The notes: generated from the sequence alone by a model not told the origin. A stretch of DNA of 64,000 nt from the human T2T-CHM13v2.0 reference genome, Homo sapiens (GCF_009914755.1 NC_060942.1), one strand, 5' to 3'. Counted from the first letter of the stretch, positions 46,458-60,595 are shown. Translations and numbers: made by a program.

Positions 46458-49264
46458 GCATCCTTTATGACTTGTCCTGAAGCAGAAAACATCAATTTTT
46501 TTTAAAAAGAACTGTACCCTAAGTGTTTTTTCTTGCAGTCAATTCAAAATTTGTAGCTCATTTAATGGGGATGGCTTTCATTTTACTATTATTTTGATGG
46601 TTTAAATTAATGCAAAATTATTTTAAAATGTCATCATGAATATGATCTTTGTGCTGGTTTTTGGTGGGAAGAGAGAAACCAGCCTAAGATCCAGCACTGA
46701 ACTTGCAAAAATAATAATTTTTTGACTCTAGCTGATTAAATGAATGAGATGAACACACTTGATGCACACAACATGTCAAGCTGTATTATGACGCAGTGGA
46801 CAGTGTGGGGCTTTTTTAGCCATAAATACTGCGAAAGATGTGGACAGAGGCAATGCAGTATGCACTGAAGTTATCAGAAAGATTTTAAGGAGGAGAAAGA
46901 AGATGTAAAGGGTAGATAGGATTTTATGAAAGAACATATGTTGTATCTAGTTGAGAGAACTACAAAATAAATCAGTAAAACGGGGTAAGAAGCAGCTGTC
47001 CATAGAATTGACTGGCCACAGAGATCTGGCCATAGAAGAGCATTTTAAAATAGAATGGGGGGCTTTGATTTATAAAAGTGAGCCAGGACCTGCATGTAAG
47101 ACTTTCAATGTCAAATTAAATTCAAGCACCATTCTAATGGTGCTGGGGAGGCCCTAAAATCTCTGGGCCCCAGAAAGACATGGTATAGAGGATATTGGGA
47201 GAAAGTGGCCTTGGTGACTGAGTGAAGGTTGTGTTTTAGGGATGGGAGTTTAAAGATTGTTGCAATGGGCCAGGCAAGTTTTGAGGGCTTGTTTCTTAAT
47301 GAATAATGGGAAATCATAACATGACAGCCATCACATGAAAATTCTTGCTTAGGACAAGGGTGCTCCATAGAGAATATTCCACTGTGGGATTTATGTTGCT
47401 TTTCTAACAATGGTCTATAGAGAAGAACATTTTCCTTCTCCGTGAGCCCCTTCATTCCTCAGGACATGAGAAAACCACCGTCACCCTCAGTGTGTGACAT
47501 CCACTGTTTTGGCTGCTCTCCACTTAACCTGAGTTTCATTTAAAAGATGAATAATAAAAAAAAGAACGTTCTCAGCCTTCACCTTTGGAAAAAAATCTCC
47601 TTATTCAGCAAAAGATAATGTAAGGTTGCCCTGTTAACTCAGCCTTGCAGAAAACATTCCTGTCAGTTGGCATGAGCTTTGTTCCTTTCACCTCAGGCAG
47701 GTGGTAAAGGCATTTTGCAAAAGAGGATTCCAAATTAGGTTAAGCACCAAAATAGGGAAATGACCCGGCTCACCCTGGTGGGGAGAGATTGAACTGCTGA
47801 AGTATATCCAAATTCACTCCTTTCAAGCCATGTTTCAGTGAGGTTTTGGGGAGAATAAAAATGGAAAAAATGGTCGACTGTGATGGCTTTCCAACTTTCT
47901 TTTAACAAGCCCTATCCCAGTGTTCTGAGGCTGGAGTACCCGACTAAATGATAATTTTACTTGCTGGTTTTTTTCCAACCACACAATCCTTTCTTTGAGC
48001 GTATCTTAATACCACTTTCTTCTGAAGGTGTTGGATGTCCTTTATCCCGGGGGCATGTGCACATAAGCAATGCCTCCTGGAGGTTGAAGCTTCTATAAGA
48101 TACACAATGATGATATTATTTTCATGAAATACCAGATATCAGGGCAGGTCATAGGAGAGTTATAATAGGAAGAAAGTTTCTATTATCAAACTTTGCATCA
48201 GCCGATTATATAGAATCCTACCCAAACTAATTTTTAATGCAGGGAGGCTCTGCCCTTAAGCTCATAGGCCTGTCCCCTAATAGATTGTTGCCATGTTTAG
48301 GGAAGCAAACCATTTATCTTATGGTTCTCCTGTGGCTGATGTGCATTCACAGGATTCAGGGCCTGAGCGATAACCCTTTGTCCAGGGAATATTTATAAGA
48401 ATGGTGTGTCTTCCTTTGATTAAAATGTCTCTCATCTTTCCCAAATCTACAAATATCCTGTTGACTCAGTGTGATACTCTGTCTCCTGGATTGTTTCTCC
48501 TTCTCTGAAAATGTTCCCTGGCCACTCCAGCTTTTATTGAGGCCTACTTGCCTCTAAATGTCTACAGCCACATTGAGCATCTAGCCATGTGTATATTTAT
48601 TGAGGTGGTCTTTGCAAGGTATTTAATGTTTACTAAATTAATCAATGGAGTCCATGGAGAGAAATAATTCCTAGATAGGCTATTCAGAAAAAGATGAGTC
48701 TCTAAGTATGAGGCTTGAGTTTCTCTACTCATTTACAATATTGAAAGACATCAAAAGTTTTGTCCCAGTGTTTCTGATCTTCTTTGAGATGATGACATCA
48801 CCTTTATCTAGACATCTGTAAAGAATGGGGGGAGAAGGATGTCTACTTCACAAAGATTGAAATAATTAATAAAAGTCTATGCTACGCTTATTTCAGTATT
48901 GACTTCTTCAGTGACACCACTGGGGAATATAGAAACATTTCATTTTCTATTGGGATCAGGAAAACCTTTCTACTTCTCTTTCATATTAGATCAAATAAAG
49001 GCACAAACTCTTTTGTGAAGGTGAAGGACAATTCTTCTCTATTTCTTGATAAGTCAAAGAATGAATAAATATTTTAAAAAGAATTTCCTTCCCCATTTTG
49101 GCCTCCTTATAGCATGACTAGCCAATGTTCAGAGAGCTGAAATCTCATTTGTGTAGGCCTGAAAAGACATATTATATTTTATTCTAATAAAGCTTTTTAC
49201 TTTGCTCTTAGTTGCCAAGGTAGTATACAGGGAGGAGAGAGATTTCCATTAACTTAGCATCATC

Positions 49265-49900
49265 TTACTATTAAAACATTAAATCCCTCTCATTTCAAAA
49301 TTTTGTAAAAAATATATCAGAGGACATTTTCAAAGTATGTGGCTTAGAATGTAGGAAAATAGACAACTTAAGTTCAGAAAACTTTTAATCAGCTCTTATT
49401 CTGGGACTAGACCCTTGATTTTGACTGAATCACTTCGGTCCTTTTGAGTCTCAGTTTCCTTATCTATCAGATAAACACTGGGTTGTGGGAGTGTTTTAAA
49501 GCTCAAAGGAAAGAACATATGTGAAAATTCTAAGAAAAATATAGGACGTGGTGTAACAGCTTTTTCCATTTCCATGACATTGTTATTTTTAGCAATATTT
49601 CTGTGTAAGAAACTGAACTGTTGAAATACTCTGATTACAGCACTAATTTATAAAAATAACTATGTATTTATTCAATAATACAATGAATACCTGTGAAGCC
49701 CTGGCCAACCCAGCAACTAGCACATTAAAAGTAACTTCTATCTTCCAGTGTTCCTCTTGACCACACCTGCCTGCTTCCACAACCCAGAGAAACTAAGAAC
49801 TGGGAATTTATACCTATTTGTATACTATGCATATGTGAAATGTATTTGTAATATAAATTAACAAACATATGTATAAATATATATGTGTGTTTATATATCA
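49265..49900. repeat. Left arm of an old inverted duplication (partner 57272-57492 + 58450-58850)
   Basis: Reverse-complement colinearity across unique sequence, a MIR and an L1ME 3' end; exact 34-mer 49373-49406 equals the reverse complement of 58719-58752. Confidence 0.92.
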
Positions 49901-50520
49901 CACACACACACACACACAAACAGCTAAAGCTAAACATTCCTCAGTTATATTAAGTTAGTATTAGCTGTTGTTTTAACTTCTAGTTCCAATAAATTACTTT
50001 TTTACTGAATATTCTTAAGTAAGTTCATCAAAATTGTAGCATTTGACTTGAGTTTATTTTCACACATGTATACTATTCTATTGTGTGAATATACCACACA
50101 CTATATGACTATTCTCATTTTGATGAATTTTTTTGTTGTTTTAATCTTCCGTAGATTGTTGCTATTACAAATGGTGTTGCTATAAATTTTGTTGTATACC
50201 TTTGGTGAACATGTGTAAGGATTTTCTTCTAGGTATTTACCAAGGAGTCAAATCATTGTGATAATAGGTTATATGAATATTCACTCTTAGATGATCATAT
50301 CAAACTGCTTTCCAAAGTGGTTGTACCAGTTTACACTCAACACCAGAGTTTAAAAGAGCCTATTTGTATTTCAACATTTGGTATTATAGACTTGTTAATT
50401 TTTGCCAATCACATTGCATTAAATATAACCTTACTTTGGGTTTTATTCACTTAATTCAATATCACTAAAGACTTTGAGCATCTCTTCTTATATTTAATGA
50501 TTATATGTGTTTCTTCATAT
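49640..50520 (-). mobile_element. L1ME-type fragment
   Basis: 'tattctattgtgtgaatataccaca...gctattacaaatggtgttgctataaat...caaactgctttccaaagtggttgtaccagtttacactc'. Confidence 0.75.
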
Positions 50521-52162
50521 ATATTTATTTTAGTGGGAGTGCCATGTCATTTTTAGGCCTAGTGCTATATCTTAGTGCATTCAGTTAGAGTTACAAAAGA
50601 CTGGGAACTCTTTTTCATTTCTTTGGATTCTCTCAAATAGTATCCAGAAAAGTGTTTTGCCAGCAGGAGTTTCCTCCATAAGATGAATGGCTTCTATGAC
50701 TTCCTGTGTCTTCTCAATTGGAAAGCCTATAGGAAGATTTAAAGTTTATACGGTGCTTTGCTGGGCACAAAACAATGATAAATACAAATTACCTAATTCC
50801 TTCTTTTAGGAACTTGAAATCTTGAAGAGATAGTCACATTGATTCAAACCCTCACCGTTTTATCACTTCTTCATTTATTTTTCTACCTTCAAGTTTTGTT
50901 TCATTCTGGCCAAAATGAAGGCATGATGTAATTTACATTAATAACTCAAATATTTGAAATAATATTAACAAAAATTTTCAATATATTAATAACAGCCAAA
51001 ATTTCAATAGTAAAGAAAATGTAAAAAAAATATTGATTTGGCATATCAGATAGGATTATCTCAGCAGGCAAACTTTTCAACTTCCCATAAAGGGACATAA
51101 AAGCACATAATGGGACTATATGCTTTTCAGATGCAGTCTCCGTCTGCCTACTTTCAAATCAGTGACTGAAGATGTATACCACATCCAGGATTCCTAAATT
51201 ATACTTCATTTGAGGCTTTACAGAATCTAACTTCAAAGCTACTCTGAAGAGCTTTGTGGGTTACCCAACTTCAAAGGGTACTTGAGATTATTTAACATCA
51301 TTAAACAGAGCAATCTAAGAGACAAAGACACAGGCTAAAGTCAAAGCAATTTTAAAGACACTATACATCATTGTCTTTGCTATTACTTTTCTTTTCAACT
51401 TACTTAAAACTGTCACTGTTTACCCATTCATATGCATGTCCAAAGTTTATGCGTGTTTTGGGGGAAACTTTGTACTCAAACCTTGGCCTTATCATTTCCT
51501 GAGATTTTTCTCATTTTGTCTTAAATGTTCCTTGATATTTCTGGCTCCAGGATATTGACTAAGCATGTGAATTCCTCTTTAAACAAATACAATAGCCTAT
51601 TTCCAAAAGTCATACTATGAGGCACAGCTGTCACAACATCTGACAAATATTCACAGCCAAGGATATGACCTAGCAAGTCTGAATGCACTTTCTCATTTTT
51701 CTCATATTTTCACATTTATCTCTCCTTCATTCAGAAGCATTTGTCAATCTGCCTCTATCCATGGCAGCCCTTCTTATTTTAATGTTCTCACTCTTACCCA
51801 CAAACTAAATTTACATTTCTTGCTGTTATAAATTTTATATTTTTGTGTGTGGAGAAACATTCCATCAAGAAGACTGAAGCCCAGTAAACTCCCAAAGACA
51901 AGACTTTCAGAAGGTAAAGCACTCCCTTCCTTTATAGACTAGCAAAGATGAGAACAGATAAAAATAAAAATAAATAAGAAAAGGTTTTACATCAGTCTGT
52001 GAAGTTACTCTGTCTATTCTCATCTCTCTATCAAAGAGTCCTGGTAGAGGATTGAGGATATCAATAAGCTCTATGGCTTGAGTCTAACTCTGCAAAGGTA
52101 TTTTTGGTAATGTGAATTTATTGTGTATAGAATATAAAAACATAGGTACAATATGACACTCA

Positions 52163-52931
52163 AATTATATATATGTTATATATAATCATACAATTATATA
52201 TATGTTTTATATAATCATACAATTATATATATGTTATATATAATCATACAATTATATATATGTTATATATAATCATACAATTATATATATGTTATATATA
52301 ATCATACAATTACATATGTTATATATAATCATACAATTATATATATGTTATATATAATCATACAATTATATATGTTATATATAATCATACAATTATATAT
52401 ATGTTATATATAATCATACAATTATATATATGTTATATATAATCATACAATTATATATATGTTATATATAATCATACAATTATATATATGTTATATATAA
52501 TCATACAATTATATATATGTTATATATAATCATACAATTATATATATGTTATATATAATCATACAATTATATATATGTTATATATAATCATACAATTATA
52601 TATATGTTATATATAATCATACAATTATATATATGTTATATATAATCATACAATTATATATATGTTATATATAATCATACAATTATATATATGTTATATA
52701 TAATTATACAATTATATATGTTATATATAATACAATTATATATGTTATATATAATTATACAATTATATATGTTATATATAATTATACAATTATATATGTT
52801 ATATATAATTATACAATTATATATATGTTATATATAATTATACAATTATATATATGTTATATATAATTATATAATTATATATATGTTATATATAATTATA
52901 CAATTATATATACACACACACACACACACAT
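52163..52931. repeat. AT-rich 29-bp minisatellite (~26 units) ending in (CA)n
   Basis: Unit CAATTATATATATGTTATATATAATCATA, with 25-27-bp variants and an AATTATA variant block at the 3' end. Confidence 0.98.
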
Positions 52932-55900
52932 ATGTATATATATTTAACTAGATTCCATTTTATATGTGTTTTTCAATTAGTTAAAATTCCGGAAATACAA
53001 AACAGAAAAATATCTTAAAGGTCATCTGCCCCATCCTCTATTGATAAGTAGAATGACCATATAATTTATTGTCCAAACATATGTACTCTTGGAAATGAAA
53101 AAGCATACTACTAATAATTAGGTAGATATAACAGGTATTAGCAGGAACTATGACAGGCAACGAAGGGTAAATGGTCATCCTAGTCTTAAAGATTGCATTA
53201 AGTAGTTTGGGCTCATGCATTGAAAGCGCTACACAACATCAGAAACCAGGTTTCCTAGTGTCTCGTTAAGAATACATTGTAACACATGAGTTAACTAGCT
53301 CGTGGTCTTTCAGTCTGAAATATGCATTGATCATTTTGCCCAAGGTCTGAAGACAAGTCACATCAAACCACTGACCTAAGAAAAATGGAATTAATGTTGC
53401 AACTGCATTCTCCTAACTTCTCACTGGACTTGAGATGGTAAAGGATTCTGACAGCATGCTTTCCCCTTGGGCAAACCAAACCGGGCTGACATGATCCACT
53501 TTGATTTGGCCAACTTGTCAATGAGAGGCATGATGACCTTCTGCACATATGTACTCCTCTCACAAACTCCCTGGGTGCAGAGGTTGTGTCCTGCATCTGA
53601 TTCAGGGAGGAATGACCATTTGAGGTGGTTTTTCATCAATAGTTACCCTGGTTGCTCTATTTAGCACTCTGGTGTCTGCAAAACATGTTTGTTATTCTTG
53701 CTTATTTTGTCCTTAGTTTAGCATATACTGAACACCTGTTGGGTACAGAAATATGCTAGGGAATATTACATATATTACTGTGATTTATTGTGTATTAAGA
53801 TTTTAATAATTTTTCTTCCAGGTGAGTCAGACAAATTTGTTTTGTATCTTACAGGCTGCTTGCTTCACTATGGGTCCTAAGGTTACACAGGAAGGCTTCT
53901 GCCAGACACTTTCTGCCAGGTTTCCAATGGTGGGAGAAAGATTTATTAAGATTGCTGTTTAAGAAATACTCCTCTAATATATGCATCTTCACTTACAAAA
54001 AAAAAAAGCAAAAAATGAAATTCCTGCTGTATTTCAGTCCTCCCATTTCAGAACAGTGAAGACATTCCAATTTGTTCAAATATACTTTACCAAAGGAAAT
54101 TTGTAGAGGAAGATTCCAGAGTGAGTCTGGTTCTTATTGACAAATATCTGTTGACGAATTATATGGGTGGAGCCCTTCTCTAGGCCTTATAGGTCTTCTT
54201 GCTCAAGAGAAGATTAAAATCTGTGAGAAGGAATAATTCAAGGACACAAATGACTTTGTTGTAAGGATAAGGCAAGTTGTAGCATAATAAAACTCAAAAG
54301 ATTATATTAGAAGTTTAAAGTAGTAAGGAGACAGAAACTTTTCATGGGGAAAATGATATTTAAGGTGGGATTTGAAGAAATGATAAAGTTGTGACTTAAA
54401 TAGAAAGCAAACATTTTCTGGGTAGAAAAAAAAATAGTATGAGTTTCAGCATGGAGACAGGAAAATATCCAAAAGATTATGATTAGGTAATATACAAAGT
54501 TCACCTTAGCTGGAATTTGGGGACAAAAAAGAAATAATGCAAGATTAACAATAGCTCAGATGATTCTAAATTCCTTCTCAGAAGAAATCAAAAGGATACA
54601 TATTAGTATATTCAAAACCAATGCTAATTTTTCATAAAAGACAACTTTTAAAATATGAGGCTTTGTTCTTTTTAAAGCTCTGTTACGCACATTATTTCAC
54701 ATAATTTTCATAATGTATCTGTGCTATAGATAAGGCAGTTACTATTTCCATTTTATGGGTTGGATAACTGAGATAAACAGAGGTTTATTACTAACCTGGT
54801 GGGCAGGTAGGTACCCTCTCTTCCCTTCTCTCTCCCACCAGAAGCAAAGTGCTTGGTCAAAGAGCAATACCTTTCCACACGCAGGAGGTTTTCTTTCCTG
54901 TTGAGATTTTATTTGAGTTTTGAAAGTGGGACAATGTTTTTGTCAGGAAACTTCAGTGGATGAAACCACTGCTTCAACCCTGCTAATAAGGCTGCTGCAC
55001 TCAAACTGTGAGCAAAACCTTGCCAACTCCAAACTGCTGCTGCTCTGCAATCTCATCAGTCCACCTGCCGTGCACCTTGCGCTTTAGTCCCAACTCCTAG
55101 GCCCAATCAACTGAATATCTGCTTTGGCTTTGGGTCTTGGCCTCTGATAACTGTCACTGCTGCCTACTGTCCTCATTGCCATCTCCAGGCCCAGCATCCA
55201 GACCCCTAATGCAACTGACCAGCTTCTGGGCTGGCAGACACCATTGTGCAGATGGGGTCAGTATGAATGTCCAAGTGGCAAATCAAAGTAAATGCAGATG
55301 GGAACACAAGATGTAGATCAGAGCCATGAATCCAAATAAGATGGGGGTTTAAAGAGATTAAAACTGCTAATTAGTGACCTTGGAAACATTCTCATTGGCT
55401 AAATAATAAATAAAAATTCATCTGAGTTGGTTTTACTAGTAAATTCAATTCAGGGACTATGCTGAGATGCAGTGGATTCAGCTGGTTTTTATCCCTGAGG
55501 GTCATATGCAGGTATATGAAACAGTAGGTCCATGCATTATTTGTATGCGATTAGCATGCAATTTACTCTCTTCTACCTAGACTCTGCGGTCTATTCTCAG
55601 TCTCTTTTCAAGTAAAATTTCTATATTTTTTTTCTTTCAGGATGATCCTATTTATCTCTTCTCAAAGTTTTTTCCTTTATTCCACTGAAATCTTAACAGA
55701 AATACTCAGAGAGAAAAATATATCACAGAATCAGCATCCTACACAGCAAACCTCCTAGATTTAAATCAGTGAGAACTATGAATGTTCTGAGCTTTCTGAA
55801 TTGCCTCTTCCCTGAATCTATTCAGAGAACATCCATAAAAGGAACTGCTAGTCTCCTGGAGCAGAAAATATACTACTTTTGAATAGGAATATCTAGGTTT

Positions 55901-57271
55901 GCGTTCTGGTTCCCCATTTCAAGCAAGTGAGTGAACTTCTCTGAGTTTCATTGTCCTTGGTAATTAAATGACAGGAACAGTGATTGTCTTGTGGTCTCCA
56001 CATGGTGATTGTTAGGATCAAATGAGACAGGACATGCACACGGTGAATACTGATACTGTATATAATTTTTTGGTATTTTGCTCATTTGGAATTTTGTCTT
56101 GATTTTTATTTTTAGAAATATTGCATTAAAATATTCATATTGTTTACTGAGTTTTTTCCTGTCCCTTAAGTTTTGTTCTTGAGGTGAATGCTTCACTGGC
56201 ATCATTTTAGTTTTCAGACTGGGCAAGTATTATACGATGGTACCATAGTAAAGGTTTTAGCCAGCCAGGTACTGCTGGAGAAGAATAGATGAAGAGAACT
56301 ACCCAATGCATGGGATATCTAAGTTAGTTTAGAGGAATCACGCTTGGACATTCAGAAAGAAACATTGACTCTATACCATTGTTAACTCTGAATCTCTCTG
56401 TGAGAAATTACTATTCCCCTTGGTCTCCCATTGCCCATGAGAATTCAGTGCCAACTCCTTAGCCTAACTTCCAAAATCCATTATCCCTCTGCTGTTCACT
56501 TAGTATTAATTCTTAAATCTACAATCGATCTGTCATTTCAGTTAATCATGACTACTATTTAGACAGCCTACTTTTATTTCAGTTTCCAATTTTCAACTCC
56601 CTTGTTCTTCCTTCCCAGAATTCTGTTTTCCTATTCAGTAGAGAAACATTTATCAGCCACAAACTTCAAATGAGTCCTTACTTTTCTGATAGGACTTCTC
56701 AGTCAGTTTCAACCAAAGATGACCTCCCTTCATAAGATACATGGTGAGCACTGCCTCACTGTATAAAAACTAAGTATATTAAGTTTCTATCTCTGCTTAA
56801 TGAATTTCTGTCTATATTCTGCTTTATTTATTTATTTTTCTCCAATCCACTGCTAAAATTTCAAAGAGTGAAGGACATACATTTAAATTCCCCCCAGTAA
56901 GTTGTTACCAGTATTATACAAAATTAAAATACTTAATAAATATGGAAATGCACTTCCTCCCTGTATATATGCATTTAGTCACTCACATATACGCTTTTTC
57001 TCTGTTTGTAAAGGTTCATAGCACTCCTATATTTCAAGTCATATAATTCATATCATATAATTTCTATCATTTAATTTAAGGTATGGTAATTTCTTGTCCT
57101 AAAATACTTCTAGTAGTTTCTTGTGAATAAGTTGATTTCACTAAGTGGATGATTAGCTTTTCTGTGCAGGAAATTTGATGTCCTTTTCTTTTCTGTCATC
57201 TCCCAGGAATATCTACTGAAAACCTTTAGAATTTCTGACAACATGCAGCTCAAACTCCTGTTAATTATGGC

Positions 57272-58850
57272 TGACATAGAAAACATACTTATATGTATTT
57301 TACATATATTTATTTGTTTATATAACATATACATTTTACATATGCATAGAATACAAATGTATAAAAATTTCCATTTCCTCTTTGTTTTGGGTTGTGGAAA
57401 CAGGCAGGTATGGTCAAGAGAGACACTGGAAGATGGAAGTTACTTCAGTGTTCCAGTTGCTGGTGTAGCCAGGGCTTCACAGGTATGAATTATGAAGCAG
57501 GATATTTCCCTAACCCCTCCTTGGGACTCGCAACAGGGCTACCTTGTTTACTCAGCCTGCTGCTCTCAACTCCTTGTGTGAGGGAGTGCACGAGAGAATA
57601 AGGTGGGAACTGGAGTGCATGAGCATTGGAACTGGCTGGCTGTTTCAGTGTGCCTGCAGGACTCAACTCCACTCATTCAGACCCTCTGTGTTCCACCCCT
57701 CGCGGGAGGGAGAACGCCGGTGAGCGGGTGCAGGGACTGTTGCAAACACTTTTGGGCGCCAGCAGAAGTGAATTTGTGAGCCCCGTGGCAGTGTCTAGGT
57801 GGGGGTGCCTGTGACCTCCAAAGCCCCAGAGGGAATATTACAGTGCTCTTTTAGCTCTGCCATCTGCAGAGGGCTTAAGTGTTAGCACCTCAGTTGGCCT
57901 TCTGCTTTTTCACGTGAGGTGGCTGCTTTTTGCCAGCAAGAGCAAAGGGCCAGTGTGACAGCTTTTTGTATCCACACTTGTGGCTCCCAAGCTCTTGTCC
58001 AGCACCCAGGAAAAATGAGGTCGCACAAACAAATTGAAGGATGGTAAATGCAGGGGATTTTATTGCTGATGAAGGTGGCTCTCAGTGGGAAGTGGAGCTG
58101 AAAAGGGGATGGGGTGGGTAGATAATCTTCCCCTGAATTCTGGCCATATCCAGCAGATTCCTCTCCAAAGTTATGCCATCAAGATGTCCCTCTGAAGTCA
58201 AGCCACTTCTCTCCAACGTTCAGATGTAGTCGTTCCATCTTCTGGCTGAGTCTGGGGTTTTCATAGGCACAGGATGGGATGGGGTGGGGTCATGGGTGGT
58301 TTAGGAAAAAGCAGCATTTGAGCAGGAAAACAGGGATATAAGTTCTTACTTCGGGCTGTGGTTTCACGCTTTTCAGCTTGAGGGTTGGGTTTCATCAGAA
58401 ACCTGCTCTTTTCTGCCTTGAATTTCTCTGCCCCCATCCCTATAAATTATATTACTGAATAAATACATAAATACTTTTATTATAGTTCTATAATTGGAGC
58501 ACGTCAACAGTTCAGCTCAAAACATGAAAATATTACTAAATATTGCAATGCCATGGAAATGACAAGAGCTGTTACCCAATGTCATATTTTTTCCAGAATT
58601 TGTCACAGGTGGTTTCCTTTGACCCTTGAAACACTTCCAGGACCCAGTTTTTATCTTATAGGTGAGGAAACTGAACTCCAAAAGAACTGAAGTGACTCAA
58701 TTAAAGTCAAAGGACTATTCCCAGAATAAGAGCTGATTAAAAGTTTTCTGAAGTTCATTTTCCAACACCTTCAAGCCATCTCTGAAGAAAACCTCCTAGG
58801 TTGTTTTTTATGAAACTTTGAATTAAGAAGGGTTTAATGTTTTGATAACT
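57272..58850. repeat. Right arm of the inverted duplication, split by a solo LTR
   Basis: Reverse complement of 49265-49900. The similarity also appears as related translations of ORFs 49725-49937(-) and 57243-57488(+) (LGCG.RQVWSR.TLED.SYF). Confidence 0.92.
57493..58445 (-). mobile_element. ERV1 solo LTR, LTR28/LTR27/MER52/LTR1 group (~950 bp)
   Basis: 'tgaagcaggatatttccctaacccc...gcttgagggttgggtttc...aatttctctgcccc atccctataa'; 4-bp TSD ATTA at 57489-57492 and 58446-58449. Confidence 0.85.
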
Positions 58851-59701
58851 ATGGCTCATGCAGAAAACAAAAACAAAAATTGTCATTAACTTTTTCACAG
58901 CTATTATATGCAAAGTTCATCTATGTTTGAGGAACTTATCTTTTAAACATGATTAGATATTTAGAAGTTAATCAACTGAAAATTTAAAATTCACTGAGAA
59001 TTTTCTTGAACCATGTATATAGTTGCTCAATGAATATTATTGGTTAAAATAATTTTCTGACATAGACAAGGTATTGACTGGAAACCTTAGAAAGATATAT
59101 TTTTCCTTTATATTTACTTCTTTTTAATGTTCTATTTACAGGCTATAAACTCACAGAAAATATTTTGAAATTTTATAACACTCATAGTAAAAACTATCTC
59201 ATAAGCTATGCTCACTTTTGTCCAAATTTTACCCAGAAGAAAAAGCATGGGCGTGGTGGGCATTGGTAAAGTTCATCTGTAATTAAACTTCAGAAAATAT
59301 ATTACTTTCAAGCCAGAAAATGATCTCAAAAACAGAATAATTCAGGGGCTGTGGTGATGGGGGCCAATTTGTCAAGCCTATCATTGTTCCCAGGCATTAT
59401 TTGTGTCAGGTTTATCTCTGACTTCCTTACAAATCATTTTTTTTCTGACTCCATGAATTCCTGTGAAATTACTCTTCCAGAAAGAAAATATGATTTTCTA
59501 AAATTAGGTGATAATCTCAGTTTAACACCAAATATGAAGAGAAAAGGACTAAAAGAGAAATTCTCTTGAAAAAAATTTACTTCCACTGCACTATCTTAAA
59601 GTATGCAACTTTTAATTGAAGTTTTCCTCCCCTAATGCATTCACCTTTCATATTAGTGTTCTCCTCTTTCTTTATCTTTTCAGGCAAACTATTAACTGAA
59701 C

Positions 59702-60595
59702 CAGTGGTGTGCTGGGTGTACTGGCTTAAGAGCCCCATTTTTTAAATTGTCAGGAATTTTGAAAGCCAGTTATTAAACAAAGCTATTATTAAAAATAAAA
59801 TTCCATGTACTTATTAAATGCATTATATTAAAAACCAAAAAAAAATGGATAACACATGTCCTCCTGTATATTTTACTATATTGACTATTATCTTTGCTTT
59901 TGACGATACTTTTGTTTATTCTGTCTGCAGCGTGGAAGTATGGCATCATGATGTCTACTGCACATCTATTCCCAACCCCATATTCAGTTGTTTCATGTAG
60001 TCTCTTGAAATCTATGGAAACTAGAAAACACTACAAATAAAGCCTTGATTTATTGTTTTGTTGATTGTCTTGACTTAAGAAACTGATAGACAATGTGTTA
60101 TTAATGCAGATTAAACTTAAAAATGTTTACCTCAGTGGCCGTTATACTGTGAATACCACAAAAACTGAGCAAATATTTTTCTAGTATTTGAAAAGTATTA
60201 TCCAATTCAGCAAATAATGTCACTTTTAAGTGAATAAAGTATGGGCATGCCTTCATTGCTTTAGTTTCTTGTTACTTGTAAACACACACAAGTATAGCAA
60301 CCTAACATTTATGCTTAAACTATACTCAGTAGTCAATTACAATCATAGATTAGCTTTGGCCATAAGAGATCAGCAAAAATCAACAAAGCATATCAATTGG
60401 CTATATGAAATTTTCAATGTGCATTGTATGTTTTGTTATTATTTTAAAATTGTGTTATATTTTTTAACTTTAAAACTTACAACACAAATATGTAAGTATA
60501 TGTGTATATACACATGCATACACACACTCACAATTGAGGGTTTTTGGCGTAGAAGGAGACAAACCAGAGGTTAAACATTTGCCAGCACATCACTG
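59702..60595. mobile_element. MER63-type hAT non-autonomous DNA transposon
   Basis: 14-bp TIRs CAGTGGTGTGCTGG / CCAGCACATCACTG; possible decayed TSD ctgaac / ctgataac. Confidence 0.82.

Noticed and set aside
52163-52931. CRISPR-like array (29-bp periodicity)
   Set aside because: Units are head-to-tail with no unique spacers, there are no cas genes and the context is primate; it is a minisatellite.
56040-56225. Possible hAT-Tip100 (MER45/MER91-like) fragment and scattered MIR/L2 traces elsewhere
   Set aside because: Too diverged to assign a family or boundaries by eye.
49725-57488. Paralogous small proteins (ORFs 49725-49937 and 57243-57488 share LGCG.RQVWSR.TLED.SYF)
   Set aside because: The similarity comes from the inverted DNA duplication of L1ME-derived sequence; starts and stops are not shared.
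53810-59690. Isolated splice-acceptor-like sites (~53821, ~53853, ~55640, ~59683)
   Set aside because: No paired donor with a convincing open frame; such motifs are expected by chance in T-rich DNA.
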